Sequence record: PV660463 | Length of the DNA: 64,000 bases | Source: Escherichia phage LF82-41 | Reading direction: 5' to 3' (one strand) | Part shown: positions 31,619-41,312 of the stretch, piece after piece | How positions within the stretch are numbered: position 1 is the stretch's first letter | Layout of the letters: each line of letters opens with the position of its first letter | The notes under the pieces: generated by a model | Seen by the model: only the letters and a program-made list of their open reading frames with translations | What the model was told of the DNA's origin: nothing | Databases searched by the model: none | Made by a program: the position numbers and the translations under genes

Positions 31619-31837
31619 TCATGTTTTGCTACAAGATTGTTCATAATGATTTATAACCTCATTTAAACATTTGTCTGTGAAAGAAAACTTTTTAGCCACA
31701 GAACATTCGATAATGTGCTCTTTCAAATCTTTAGAGTCAGTATATCCCATCTCAGTAATAAAGTGGCGAATTAAAGCTTTATTCTTATCATTAACAGAAT
31801 TAAAATAATCTGCTTTAGAATCAATTATTCTCATCAT
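31619..31837 (-). CDS. hypothetical protein (72 aa)
   Basis: ORF track. Confidence 0.4.
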   Translation of the reverse strand: MMRIIDSKADYFNSVNDKNKALIRHFITEMGYTDSKDLKEHIIECSVAKKFSFTDKCLNEVINHYEQSCSKT

Positions 31838-32102
31838 CTAATTTCCTTAATTGATATTGCAACGAGCTAATAATTTCTTCGTTCATTTTAATATACATGT
31901 CGCGCAAGAAAGGTTTTAACCCATCACGAATAATTGCTAACGTATCACCTTTACATAAATTAACCAAATAAGGATGATCTAAAGCATCCCAACCAGGCTG
32001 ATTAGCATACATACCATAATTTTCTTCCATCATAGCATTCAGGCGTTTGATATGATTAATGTGGGCTTCAATAGCATCAATCTGGAGTTGTTTAAGATTC
32101 AT
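31821..32102 (-). CDS. hypothetical protein (93 aa); possibly Arn by position and size
   Basis: Length close to T4 Arn (92 aa) and location between asiA and motA; identity not verifiable. Confidence 0.4.
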   Translation of the reverse strand: MNLKQLQIDAIEAHINHIKRLNAMMEENYGMYANQPGWDALDHPYLVNLCKGDTLAIIRDGLKPFLRDMYIKMNEEIISSLQYQLRKLDDENN

Positions 32103-32563
32103 TAGTAAAGGTCCTCAGAGTAAAGTTCTTTTTCATTACCACCACGTTCAATACGTACTTGTCCAGCGTAAGTTGCAATAATCATTGCTTCTTCACGTGT
32201 CCAATAATTACTATATTGGTCAATAAACCCTTGGTCATCATCACAAACTTGTTGAGTAACTAATTGAGGTTTAACTACATCTAAAACTTCTGCCATATCT
32301 TTAGAATAATGACGAGCACCTGGAATAATAAGAGTTCGTCCATCTTTTAATTTAAAACGGTTGGCTGCGCAGACAATTCGTCGTTGATACTTTTGGTTTT
32401 CATCCCAATACAGAGTCTGCCAACAGATTTCAGGAACTTCGTCTAAAACATTTTGTTCTGTATATTCACCACCGTAAGAAGCTAATTTAGCAGCCAGACT
32501 TTCCGGAGTCTCACGCGACAAAGCTTTATCTAACAGAGCTAAACGTTCTTTAAAAGTTTTCAT
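32102..32563 (-). CDS. hypothetical protein (153 aa)
   Basis: ORF track. Confidence 0.45.
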   Translation of the reverse strand: MKTFKERLALLDKALSRETPESLAAKLASYGGEYTEQNVLDEVPEICWQTLYWDENQKYQRRIVCAANRFKLKDGRTLIIPGARHYSKDMAEVLDVVKPQLVTQQVCDDDQGFIDQYSNYWTREEAMIIATYAGQVRIERGGNEKELYSEDLY

Positions 32564-32889
32564 TTAAACCATTCCTTAATACGTTGCCAAATAGATTTTT
32601 GTGCTTGTTTATTTACACCAATCGAACGAATAACCGGTTGTGACTGCTGGTATTCTTTATAATCTTCTTTATAGATTTCGTAAGCTGCATCAACAAATGA
32701 ACTGATCGCAGCCATGTAGTTTTTACGAAGGCCAAATGGCGCGTCATTATTTTCACGAATAACCGTATATTGGCCTGCTTTAATCTTTACAATTGTCCCT
32801 AAATAAGCCCCGTGGTACCAAATATCCCATCCTTCCTGAGTAGGTTCTGCACATTTACGAAGTTCGTTAATAATATTCAGCTTATTCAT
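32560..32889 (-). CDS. hypothetical protein (109 aa)
   Basis: ORF track. Confidence 0.45.
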   Translation of the reverse strand: MNKLNIINELRKCAEPTQEGWDIWYHGAYLGTIVKIKAGQYTVIRENNDAPFGLRKNYMAAISSFVDAAYEIYKEDYKEYQQSQPVIRSIGVNKQAQKSIWQRIKEWFK

Positions 32890-32899
32890 TATGTATTCC

Positions 32900-33532
32900 T
32901 CACAGTACGTTAGTTACAAGGGTAATGATTTCTTTGGACACATTAGGGAAGTCAATGTAAGTATATTTACCACCGATCTTAATCTTAACATCATTTTCAA
33001 GAGAAGTAAACAGCTTTGATTCAGTTTCTGACATGTTGTATGCAAAGATTCTAAGAGCGCCATCTCGACGAATTTCGATCTGACGAATGCCTAGAACTCG
33101 TTTAGCGAATCGAACTTCTAAGTTACTACGGTTTTCACCAATTTCTTTAACTTCAACTTTATCTTTAATATTTTCAAAAACAAAGTTTGCTAATTCATGC
33201 ATTTCAGGAGTAACTCCACGTGCTTTTCTGGTGTTACGTTTCTGAAGAAGTTCTGGAGCATTTTCTTGGGCAAAGAGGTCTGCAGCTTTTTGGATAATAT
33301 CCATTGCTTCGCCGGTTGCCACAAGTCCATCACCGGATTTTTCGACTAAACCTTTCTTAATCAATACACCAATGTTAGAGTTAACAACTGATGCGCTGTA
33401 TTCTGCTTCCAGAGCTTCACGGACATTGGCAGCAGTGGTGAAGTTGTTCTTAATGATATAAACCATTATTGCAGCAGTTTTTTCATTCAGAGCGTTTTCA
33501 GAAGCTTTGATGATGTAAGTAACTTTAGACAT
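32900..33532 (-). CDS. motA: middle-transcription activator MotA
   Basis: 210 aa; MSKVTYIIKAS...NSNIGVLIKKGLVEKSGDGL matches T4 MotA as recalled. Confidence 0.9.
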   Translation of the reverse strand: MSKVTYIIKASENALNEKTAAIMVYIIKNNFTTAANVREALEAEYSASVVNSNIGVLIKKGLVEKSGDGLVATGEAMDIIQKAADLFAQENAPELLQKRNTRKARGVTPEMHELANFVFENIKDKVEVKEIGENRSNLEVRFAKRVLGIRQIEIRRDGALRIFAYNMSETESKLFTSLENDVKIKIGGKYTYIDFPNVSKEIITLVTNVL

Positions 33533-33565
33533 TTTATTTCTCCAAATTAGTATTTGTTTTGATAG

Positions 33566-33598
33566 GTCTATAATATCATGTTTGAAGCAAAAGTAAAC
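33566..33598 (-). promoter_or_regulatory. early-type promoter upstream of motA (also contains TGCTT MotA-box-like element)
   Basis: rc: GTTTAC-TTTTGCTTCAAACATGA-TATTAT. Confidence 0.55.
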
Positions 33599-33635
33599 TT
33601 TATTTTGGGCTCTTTTTAAAAAGCCCTGGTAAAAT

Positions 33636-33851
33636 TTACAAACTCATTTCTTTAATAAGGCCAATAAGTTTTGCCTTTTTAGAACGAAGCTTTTCTAAAT
33701 GACGTCCATTTGAACCGCGAACCACTAAAGAATTGATTTCAACTTCTAAGAAATTTAATTCTTCAACAAGTGCTTTACGAGGAGCATTCATACCAGGTTT
33801 AACTTTACCGAAACGAGTAGTTGTGTTTTGGGTTAATTTCATTTTAGACAT
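33636..33851 (-). CDS. hypothetical protein (71 aa)
   Basis: ORF track; own early-type promoter at 33887-33919. Confidence 0.45.
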   Translation of the reverse strand: MSKMKLTQNTTTRFGKVKPGMNAPRKALVEELNFLEVEINSLVVRGSNGRHLEKLRSKKAKLIGLIKEMSL

Positions 33852-33886
33852 TTTATTTCTCCAATTTGGTTGTTTTGTTTTGATAG

Positions 33887-33919
33887 GTCTATAATATCAC
33901 GTTTGAAGCACATGTAAAC
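33887..33919 (-). promoter_or_regulatory. early-type promoter
   Basis: Near-duplicate of the motA promoter sequence (gataggtctataatatca...gtaaac). Confidence 0.55.
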
Positions 33920-33929
33920 TGTTTTGTGA

Positions 33930-33963
33930 GAAAAAAAAAGCACAAAAGGGAGCTTCGGCTCCC
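33930..33963 (-). terminator. intrinsic terminator after gene 52
   Basis: rc GGGAGC-CGAA-GCUCCC followed by UUUUGUGCUUUUUUUUU. Confidence 0.65.
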
Positions 33964-34039
33964 TAATCATGTTTGTCCAACCAATACAGCCAAATCACTA
34001 GTGCAGCTATTGCACCGAGAAATCCTAAGGCTAGGGCAC

Positions 34040-35365
34040 TCAAAGTGCCTCCAAGTCTTTAGTGTACTCTGTCACAACATCAGTAGACTTCCAATACTCA
34101 TTTTCTTCTTTCTTAGCTTTAGCTTCTTCTGCTAGTTTACGTGCTTCGTCGGAAGTGATATGGAAGATGTTAAGACCTACCAGTTTATCGACATGTTCTT
34201 TATACATTTCGATTTGTGCTAGCTCTTCAGTCAAAGCTTTACGAGTCTTGCCCTGAATCACGATTTCACCGTTGATAACTTTTTTGATGAAGTGTGCCTT
34301 AGCAAAAGCAAGTTTAAATGCTTTTTCGGATTCAAGGATTTTGTTGTCAATACGTTTCTGAACGTAAGTCTTACGGACTTCAACAAAATCTTTGATTAAG
34401 TCCACTACGTTATCGTAGACAGCTAATTTACCCTTTTCATTAATCACTGTGATGTTTTGTGAACGACGTTCGATGAGACTAAAATCTTTCATGATTTTTT
34501 CATGACGTAGCTCTTCATCATCAGGAAGCGAGTATTCTTTGCGGAACTTCACCTTAAACCCAAAGCCGTGTTCACCGCAATCATCTTCCCATGAGATTAG
34601 ACCTTTGTCTTCCAACGGGTCAAGAACTTTACTCACATACGTTTCACGGTCGAATTTATATGGGATTTCAGTTATCTGCATTTGAGTACGAGATGTGAAC
34701 TTGTATGTTCCGTGAATCTCATAACGCCCATCAACTTCATGCACTTCACCATGGAATTCCGGGAATTCAACTTTTGGCTTAGTGACATTTTTACCTTGAA
34801 GAGCTTGTAATACAGCCTTTTTTACCGATTTAAAACTATGAGGCAGAATATTTGTTGCGTAACCGGTTGCAATACCAGATACACCATTCAAAAGAACTGT
34901 CGGAATAATAGGAAGATAGAATTTTGGTGGAATATGTTCTTTATCTTCATGAGCTGGAGCATATTCAGTATCTTTATATACGTTATAGAAATTTTTACTT
35001 ACACGAGCAAAAATATAACGAGATGCTGCAGCTTTTTGGACTGTTCTAGAACCAAAGTTGCCTTGACCATCTAACAGTGGATAGTTGTTGTTCCATGTGT
35101 TAGCCATTAATGCACCTGCATCTTGTGCAGAAGATTCACCATGGTGATAACCTAAATCTGCGACACCGCCTGCAATTGACGCAAGTTTATGAAATTTTTC
35201 TTTATTACCACGAGCTAAATCTAACGCACGATGAACCACAAAACGTTGAACCGGCTTAAATCCATCAATCATATTTGGGATTGCACGGTTTTCAACGGTG
35301 TACATCGCATATGCTAAGGCTTCGTTATCAATAATACTTTTTAGATTACGAGAATTCAATTGCAT
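34040..35365 (-). CDS. 52: DNA topoisomerase II medium subunit (GyrA-like)
   Basis: 441 aa; GyrA-like N-terminus (AYAMYTVENRAIPNMIDGFKPVQRF). Confidence 0.95.
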   Translation of the reverse strand: MQLNSRNLKSIIDNEALAYAMYTVENRAIPNMIDGFKPVQRFVVHRALDLARGNKEKFHKLASIAGGVADLGYHHGESSAQDAGALMANTWNNNYPLLDGQGNFGSRTVQKAAASRYIFARVSKNFYNVYKDTEYAPAHEDKEHIPPKFYLPIIPTVLLNGVSGIATGYATNILPHSFKSVKKAVLQALQGKNVTKPKVEFPEFHGEVHEVDGRYEIHGTYKFTSRTQMQITEIPYKFDRETYVSKVLDPLEDKGLISWEDDCGEHGFGFKVKFRKEYSLPDDEELRHEKIMKDFSLIERRSQNITVINEKGKLAVYDNVVDLIKDFVEVRKTYVQKRIDNKILESEKAFKLAFAKAHFIKKVINGEIVIQGKTRKALTEELAQIEMYKEHVDKLVGLNIFHITSDEARKLAEEAKAKKEENEYWKSTDVVTEYTKDLEAL

Positions 35366-35375
35366 ATTTTCACCA

Positions 35376-35511
35376 TATTAATGAACGAATATCCATTATA
35401 ACATCTGAAATGAAAAGCACTACTTGGATTAGTCCAAACATCACACCGTAGTACAGAACCGTAAGCAACAACAAGAGCCCGAAGGCTCCTGCTAAGATTT
35501 TCTTAATCATT
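35376..35511 (-). CDS. small hydrophobic protein (about 44 aa)
   Basis: My own translation MIKKILAGAFGLLLLLTVLYYGVMFGL...; ATG overlaps stop of upstream mini-ORF (TAATG); coordinates approximate. Confidence 0.3.
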
Positions 35512-35656
35512 ACTCGCCTTTTAACACGTTAATAAGAGCTAAGACCGCTAAGGTGCCTTGTGATACGGCCTGTTGAAATACTGTTGTTTCGCCTGTAACT
35601 AAAGTGTTAACGAATAAAAACGACCAACACAGCAATGCAATAATCCATGATACCAT
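35512..35656 (-). CDS. small hydrophobic protein (about 48 aa)
   Basis: My own translation MVSWIIALLCWSFLFVNTLVTGE...; RBS GAGGTAATT; coordinates approximate. Confidence 0.3.
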
Positions 35657-35708
35657 TTTAATTACCTCAAAAATAAATTAAAGGCCCAACTTAATAGGCC
35701 CGTATAAA

Positions 35709-36155
35709 TTAGTAACTCTGTAGAATGAATTTGAAATTATCAGCCAGAAGACGGTTCATTTCAGTGAGTGTTTGATATTCTGATGTATGATTGCGAGTGA
35801 ATGCCAGAGCCAATTGTCCTTTACCATAACCGGTGGTCAGGGGTTTCATGTTCTTAGCTGCAACAAAGATTACATCATATTCAATATTGTTAGTACCCAT
35901 GGTACGGGCTAGTTGCGAACGGCCTTGACGAATGTGAGAAAGAATTGCATCCAACCCTTGTTTAGAACGTTGACGTCCTACAAAGAATCGTGCTGCTACT
36001 TGTCGCCAATCAGATGAACCTTTAACAAAGAAGTAAAAACCTTCACGAGAACGAAACTCTTTAGAAACTTCAGAACCGTATTCGCCATTACGAACTACTG
36101 CAACAACTTCACCGCCAACTGCCAGAAGGTCTTTACGAGTTAAATATTTGGACAT
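35709..36155 (-). CDS. ndd: nucleoid disruption protein Ndd
   Basis: 148 aa; GFYFFVKGS...[12 protein letters not shown]...[14 protein letters not shown]...[20 protein letters not shown] matches T4 Ndd as recalled. Confidence 0.88.
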   Translation of the reverse strand: MSKYLTRKDLLAVGGEVVAVVRNGEYGSEVSKEFRSREGFYFFVKGSSDWRQVAARFFVGRQRSKQGLDAILSHIRQGRSQLARTMGTNNIEYDVIFVAAKNMKPLTTGYGKGQLALAFTRNHTSEYQTLTEMNRLLADNFKFILQSY

Positions 36156-36231
36156 GCTAATTTCCTCAATTGATTAATGTTTTTGTAATCCATGAGAGCA
36201 TTATACTCTGCTCTCAAGAGTTTGTACAATT

Positions 36232-36432
36232 TTATTCGGCTATATCAGAACGTTCAAAAAGCTCTTCAACAGTTAAACATTCAGTGTCATCTTCAATAAA
36301 GAATCGAGTCCAACACGTTGGGGCGATACAGTTATGAGTTTGTCCGGCGATAGAAGCTACACGAATAAGCTGCTGGCCGTTATCCAGAACAAATTTTTCA
36401 CCAATTTCAACATCTTTAAAAAGCTTAGCCAT
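36232..36432 (-). CDS. hypothetical protein (66 aa)
   Basis: ORF track; promoter at 36461-36490. Confidence 0.4.
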   Translation of the reverse strand: MAKLFKDVEIGEKFVLDNGQQLIRVASIAGQTHNCIAPTCWTRFFIEDDTECLTVEELFERSDIAE

Positions 36433-36460
36433 TTTGTGTTCCTCATGTTTCAGTAAGACT

Positions 36461-36490
36461 ACTATACCATAATCCTACCTTGTTGTAAAC
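36461..36490 (-). promoter_or_regulatory. early-type promoter
   Basis: rc: GTTTAC-N18-TATAGT. Confidence 0.5.
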
Positions 36491-36682
36491 AATTAAATTA
36501 CATTAAAATATGTTAAAGCCAACCATGTTCCAGTGAACGAACATGCAATGTAAAAAACCGTATCACAAATTGTTCTTAGTACAATAAGAAGTGCATTTTT
36601 CATAAGTACCTCAACACAATTGAAAATATTATACAAATCATTGGGATACTAAGCAACCATATTCCTATCCACATTTTAGAGC

Positions 36683-36946
36683 TCATATCTCAACTTCCGC
36701 GAGTTCCATATATCCTTTGTTGATAACCTCTTTAAGGTCTTTAGAAAGAATAACATTAAAATGGTCGTTCATATGCCCGTTAACCAGACGAGTTATTTCG
36801 GCTTCAGATGACATATAAGGCACGTCCGAGTCCCAATGAGATAGACCTAAATGAGTATAAATCATCCCTTCGTCATCTGCGGTGTTGTACATTGAAACAA
36901 ACTCACCAGTCACTTTATGTTTTGCGTAGAAAAATTTAAATTTCAT
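36683..36946 (-). CDS. hypothetical protein (87 aa)
   Basis: ORF track; promoter at 36973-37002. Confidence 0.4.
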   Translation of the reverse strand: MKFKFFYAKHKVTGEFVSMYNTADDEGMIYTHLGLSHWDSDVPYMSSEAEITRLVNGHMNDHFNVILSKDLKEVINKGYMELAEVEI

Positions 36947-36972
36947 GATGTTATCCTCTTTTAGATAGGACT

Positions 36973-37002
36973 ACTATATCATAGTCCTACTTAGTTGTAA
37001 AC
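36973..37002 (-). promoter_or_regulatory. early-type promoter
   Basis: rc: GTTTAC-N18-TATAGT. Confidence 0.5.
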
Positions 37003-37014
37003 ACTTTTATGAAA

Positions 37015-37491
37015 TTAGAGATGAAGATACCAGCCGTTGTAGTTGCTCTTGCGGACGATTTTCTTTAGGTCTTCATGGTCTCCCACGAACTTTATAGAAT
37101 AAGAGAAGACGTCAGGTGAGGTTTCTTTGACATTCAATATAATAATACAGTCAGCGACTCGATGATTAAGGAAGGGCCCTATGTTGATTCCGTTGCCGCC
37201 TGGATAATCACCACTGTATCCTGTGGTAACAGAAATCCATTTAGAATCCATCTGATGTGTCTTGACTTCTACACGAATTCCACAATATTTGGGATGAGCT
37301 AACACGTCCCATGCATACGTATACGGGTCTTCTACATCTTCAATACCTTTATTAACATATCCGTCTAGCCAATTTGCTACTACATACTCTGCAAAGACTG
37401 CAACCTTACAACGTCGAACTACGTCTTCTTTTATTTGACCTGGATCTTGTTTCAACGAGTACCGAGCAGTATCAGCGATCTTAACCTTCAT
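37015..37491 (-). CDS. hypothetical protein, possibly endonuclease IV (denB) by position only
   Basis: Track ORF 37015-37635 trimmed to internal ATG at 37491 (MKVKIADT...) to remove overlap with upstream ORF; location between ndd and rIIB. Confidence 0.4.
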   Translation of the reverse strand: MKVKIADTARYSLKQDPGQIKEDVVRRCKVAVFAEYVVANWLDGYVNKGIEDVEDPYTYAWDVLAHPKYCGIRVEVKTHQMDSKWISVTTGYSGDYPGGNGINIGPFLNHRVADCIIILNVKETSPDVFSYSIKFVGDHEDLKKIVRKSNYNGWYLHL

Positions 37492-37507
37492 TTCGCTAGT
37501 CAAAAAC

Positions 37508-37795
37508 TCATTCGACAGGATAAATGTCGGAAGACTCTTCAGCCTCAACAGTCCCAAGTTCGTCTTTACCATAGATACCTCTAATGTGTAGTTCGCCAAA
37601 ATAAATGCGGTCACCTTCTTCAAGATATTCTGCATCTACCGGTGGGATTTCAATAACAACTTCGTCACATTCTAACCAGCCGTAGTGTGCATCACCAGGA
37701 TGTTTTACCAATTTAGCACAATAAACTGATTTACACTTATGATGACCACGAAGATTAGCAATTTTGGATTCTGATACGTCAAATGGATGAATCAT
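37508..37795 (-). CDS. hypothetical protein (95 aa)
   Basis: ORF track. Confidence 0.4.
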   Translation of the reverse strand: MIHPFDVSESKIANLRGHHKCKSVYCAKLVKHPGDAHYGWLECDEVVIEIPPVDAEYLEEGDRIYFGELHIRGIYGKDELGTVEAEESSDIYPVE

Positions 37796-37815
37796 AATTA
37801 CCCCTAAAGAAAAAA

Positions 37816-37831
37816 GGGGACCGAAGTCCCC
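37816..37831 (-). terminator. intrinsic terminator after rIIB
   Basis: rc GGGGAC-UUCG-GUCCCC followed by UUUUUUCUUU. Confidence 0.6.
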
Positions 37832-37836
37832 AATTA

Positions 37837-38784
37837 TTATTCTGCAAATAATTCAGTAACGTCTGAAATTACTTCATAACGACAAGTACGCATCTTAGCA
37901 TCACCGTAGTCAACCGGGATGGATACAACATCACGTGGATGAACTTTAACCTTAACAACTTTATCTGAGCTTGAACCAAAGTGGCGAATATAAGATTTAG
38001 CACAAACATGGAGACCGCGAGAACAGGTTTGAGTATCATCGTCGTTAACTCGAGTACGAGGCATTGAAACAACTTTACCTGGGGAGTTATCAAATGTACC
38101 ACTATAGCAGTCTAAATAGTCCTTACGAACTACTTTCCATGCATAGAAATACCCATCTTCAGTGATTTCAATATCGTTTGCAACCAAGAAGTCGAATAAA
38201 CGTTGTACAGCTTTTTCGCTTGGGTTTTCTAACAGGTTTTCAAGGAACGGCAGATAGAATTTAAAGTCTTCGCCTTTTTCCATAGAATCAATAATACGAT
38301 TAACCAGGCCAGAACGAATCTCTATACCTTGATAAAATAAACTACCACCTTCAATAACAACATTACCATCAACAAACTTACTAATAGCTTTCTTGATGTT
38401 AATAAGTTCGACAGCTTTACTAAGGTTTCCTGCGACCAGATTAGCTTTAATTTCTTCAAAATTTGCATGACTTGATGGGGTCGCATTGTATGCTACGCGT
38501 CCTTCAATAATTGAAATAAATTTAGATGACGCGTTCCATACGATTTCAGGACGATGTCCGCCGATAATAGGTTCATCATTTTCTGGAACTTCTTCGATTA
38601 CATAAGAGGCATCGTTTGATTCAGGGACAACGCCTTCTGCTTTAAAATTCTTAACAATCTTACGAAGAGTATCTGTTGAAATGTCGAAGTAATCGGCAAT
38701 TTCTTTACGAGTCCATTTGCCTGATTCAACCAGGCCGTAAGCTTCTAACTGTTCTTCTTGGGACAAGCATTTGATATTGTACAT
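37837..38784 (-). CDS. rIIB: rIIB
   Basis: 315 aa; position and size as T4 rIIB; followed by UUCG hairpin terminator. Confidence 0.9.
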   Translation of the reverse strand: MYNIKCLSQEEQLEAYGLVESGKWTRKEIADYFDISTDTLRKIVKNFKAEGVVPESNDASYVIEEVPENDEPIIGGHRPEIVWNASSKFISIIEGRVAYNATPSSHANFEEIKANLVAGNLSKAVELINIKKAISKFVDGNVVIEGGSLFYQGIEIRSGLVNRIIDSMEKGEDFKFYLPFLENLLENPSEKAVQRLFDFLVANDIEITEDGYFYAWKVVRKDYLDCYSGTFDNSPGKVVSMPRTRVNDDDTQTCSRGLHVCAKSYIRHFGSSSDKVVKVKVHPRDVVSIPVDYGDAKMRTCRYEVISDVTELFAE

Positions 38785-38793
38785 AATGTTTCC

Positions 38794-41007
38794 TTATTTA
38801 GCCGCTTCCACGGCCTTCATGAATTTAACGATTTGAGCGACCTGTTCTTTTGAAAGAGTACCACGTCGTCCCATGTATTCTGACACAATATGATAATTGG
38901 TTTCGAATTCAATAACCATTTTATCATCATTATCGTAAGCATTATCTTTAAGCTTATCGAAAATTTTAGCACACAATTCTAACTTCTTATTCAGGTCTGT
39001 ATTAGTAGCACCTGCGAATCGATTCCATCCCCAGCGATTATTTACTGTGGAGAGTTTTGCAAAGTCTTTACTGATTTCTTTGTTCTTAGAGCTAAAATAC
39101 TTACTAAGGAAGTTAAGCTCTTCATTACGAGTAATATGGTTTAGATAGGGCTGTGCTCTACGACTTGGTGATACATACTCATCATAATCCACTTTATCGA
39201 TTAGCGTAATATAGTCATTAATTGATTTTTCGAACAAGCATTCTACTTCACCAAGTTTACGAACTTTCTTAGCAATCTGTGGACGAACTACAGTGAACTC
39301 TTTAATACCTGACAAATCAGCAATACGAGTCAAGAAATTGGAGTCATAGTTCAACCAACCTTTATCTGCATCAAGACATTCAGCATTAGAACGATTACGA
39401 ACTATAGCATAACCTTGGATTTCATCTGCTTCACTTGCCGGAATAAAGAGGTCTTCTGATACCCAAACATCGTTTTCATTCTTAAAGAATCGATGAGCAC
39501 TTGGCGATTTAGGACGAGGCTCATTAGTTCGTTTCCTGACTTCAATCCATGGCTTAACGATTTGTAAAAGCTCTGAAGTCTTGTACATGTTAATGTTGTC
39601 GCCATCAAAGATAACTTTAAGGCGTTCCAGAAGTTTCATTGCATCTTCGTCTGTAGGGTCAACGAATAGTACGCTTTTACCAAAACCGCGTGGAACTTTA
39701 CCAGTTAATTTAACCTCGTCTTTAGACATTTCAATTGAATTAAGAGCTCGCATTAATGGAACGCGTCCCTTAACGTCGTCAATAACAATTTCAACGTTTT
39801 TAATGTTAATGCCAATCAGACTGTTAATTGAAATGGTTGATGATGAGCTACCACTTTCACGAATACGACGAAGACGAGGGGATTCAACGATATCGTATAC
39901 GACACCAAGATTACACCACTCAGGCCCCATTTTAAAACGTTTGTACAACTCAGAATAAGTTAGTTGTTCTTTAGAGTATTTCAGTGATTCAATATTAGAC
40001 CCAGCCTTTTCCATGTATTTACGAGCGGTATAGCCAAGAGAATCAATTTCACGGAACACATGACGCGGGTATTTACAATCAATCCATTTCTTAGAATCTT
40101 CAGCAAATAATTTTGCATCAATTTCTGCAACACGTTTATGGATATTTGCTACTGTACGTTTATCAAATGACAATGCTTCACGAGACGGGGCTACATCTAG
40201 TTCACCCATAGGGAATTTAATATAAGCTGTAGTGCATCGTGTCATCATCCATGTTTGTTCTTTAATAACACTTCCGATTGGATATACAATACCACCGTAA
40301 ACAGCCATGATATTACCGCGTTCACCCCATGGAGCTTCCTTGGCCAAATATACATCGTCAAATTCAGGAAAGTATTTAATATCTTTAACACCACGAACTT
40401 CTGCAATATCACCTAGAGGACGCATAACATAAGCAATTTCAGATGCGAACTTTTCAAAATCTTCCGGGTTAACCGGTACAACTACTTCTACACCCGTACG
40501 GTCATCAGGACCCATCTTATCTACAAAGGTCGGCTTAATCTGTGGACCTGTGTCATCTTGGTAGATTACGTAACCACGAACTTCACCGTTGTGATAAGAC
40601 GTAAGGTTAAACGTATCGGTATATGCTAATGGAGCTTTAGAGCCGAGTCCGAATCCACCAATGAAATCGTTACTCGATGTTTTAGTTGAAGCAAAATATG
40701 AGTTATAAATTCCTGGCTCTTCGTCATTACCTCGAATGGTGAAATCGCTCATACCAGGACCAAAGTCTCGAACTACAAAGCGCGGGTCTAACCGACCTGG
40801 AGCTTGAACAATAAACTTATCAGTGCAACCGTTAAGAATTTGTCCATCGATACAGTTTGTAATTAATTCACGTACACAAGCCAATTCTTTGTTTGTATAA
40901 AGGTCATTAGACAAAATCTTATAAACTTTGCTATTGCCTTGAATAGTGAATGCTGTGCTCTTACCACCTGAACCAATAATAGTTTCTTTAGCCGTTTCAA
41001 TAATCAT
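38794..41007 (-). CDS. rIIA: rIIA
   Basis: 737 aa; GHKL-ATPase-like N-terminal region; adjacent to rIIB. Confidence 0.92.
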   Translation of the reverse strand: MIIETAKETIIGSGGKSTAFTIQGNSKVYKILSNDLYTNKELACVRELITNCIDGQILNGCTDKFIVQAPGRLDPRFVVRDFGPGMSDFTIRGNDEEPGIYNSYFASTKTSSNDFIGGFGLGSKAPLAYTDTFNLTSYHNGEVRGYVIYQDDTGPQIKPTFVDKMGPDDRTGVEVVVPVNPEDFEKFASEIAYVMRPLGDIAEVRGVKDIKYFPEFDDVYLAKEAPWGERGNIMAVYGGIVYPIGSVIKEQTWMMTRCTTAYIKFPMGELDVAPSREALSFDKRTVANIHKRVAEIDAKLFAEDSKKWIDCKYPRHVFREIDSLGYTARKYMEKAGSNIESLKYSKEQLTYSELYKRFKMGPEWCNLGVVYDIVESPRLRRIRESGSSSSTISINSLIGINIKNVEIVIDDVKGRVPLMRALNSIEMSKDEVKLTGKVPRGFGKSVLFVDPTDEDAMKLLERLKVIFDGDNINMYKTSELLQIVKPWIEVRKRTNEPRPKSPSAHRFFKNENDVWVSEDLFIPASEADEIQGYAIVRNRSNAECLDADKGWLNYDSNFLTRIADLSGIKEFTVVRPQIAKKVRKLGEVECLFEKSINDYITLIDKVDYDEYVSPSRRAQPYLNHITRNEELNFLSKYFSSKNKEISKDFAKLSTVNNRWGWNRFAGATNTDLNKKLELCAKIFDKLKDNAYDNDDKMVIEFETNYHIVSEYMGRRGTLSKEQVAQIVKFMKAVEAAK

Positions 41008-41019
41008 ATTTTTCTCTCA

Positions 41020-41220
41020 TCACAAGTTACGTTTAAAAATTTCTGCTACTTCAAGAAGTTCTTCTTTAGTAGCTGTATCGGTTTGTATTTTATATCGAAT
41101 TTCTTTAAAGCGTTCTTTAAAGGACTCTGCTGACTCGATATCAAAAAATCTTTGGATAAGCCGGAATTCCCGGAGCACTGCTTTATCAAAAAGTTCCAAG
41201 TCCACGTTATATGTTCTCAT
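41020..41220 (-). CDS. hypothetical protein (66 aa, rIIA.1-like)
   Basis: ORF track; position. Confidence 0.5.
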   Translation of the reverse strand: MRTYNVDLELFDKAVLREFRLIQRFFDIESAESFKERFKEIRYKIQTDTATKEELLEVAEIFKRNL

Positions 41221-41245
41221 AATATTCTCTTCAGTAGATTCCTAG

Positions 41246-41296
41246 GGCACTATTACTAAAGACCATATAATCTATCATCTTATGTGTAATAGTGCC
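41246..41296 (-). repeat. 11-bp perfect inverted repeat with 29-nt spacer between glycosyltransferase gene and rIIA.1
   Basis: ggcactattac ... gtaatagtgcc. Confidence 0.6.
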
Positions 41297-41312
41297 TCAG
41301 GCTATTCAGGAT

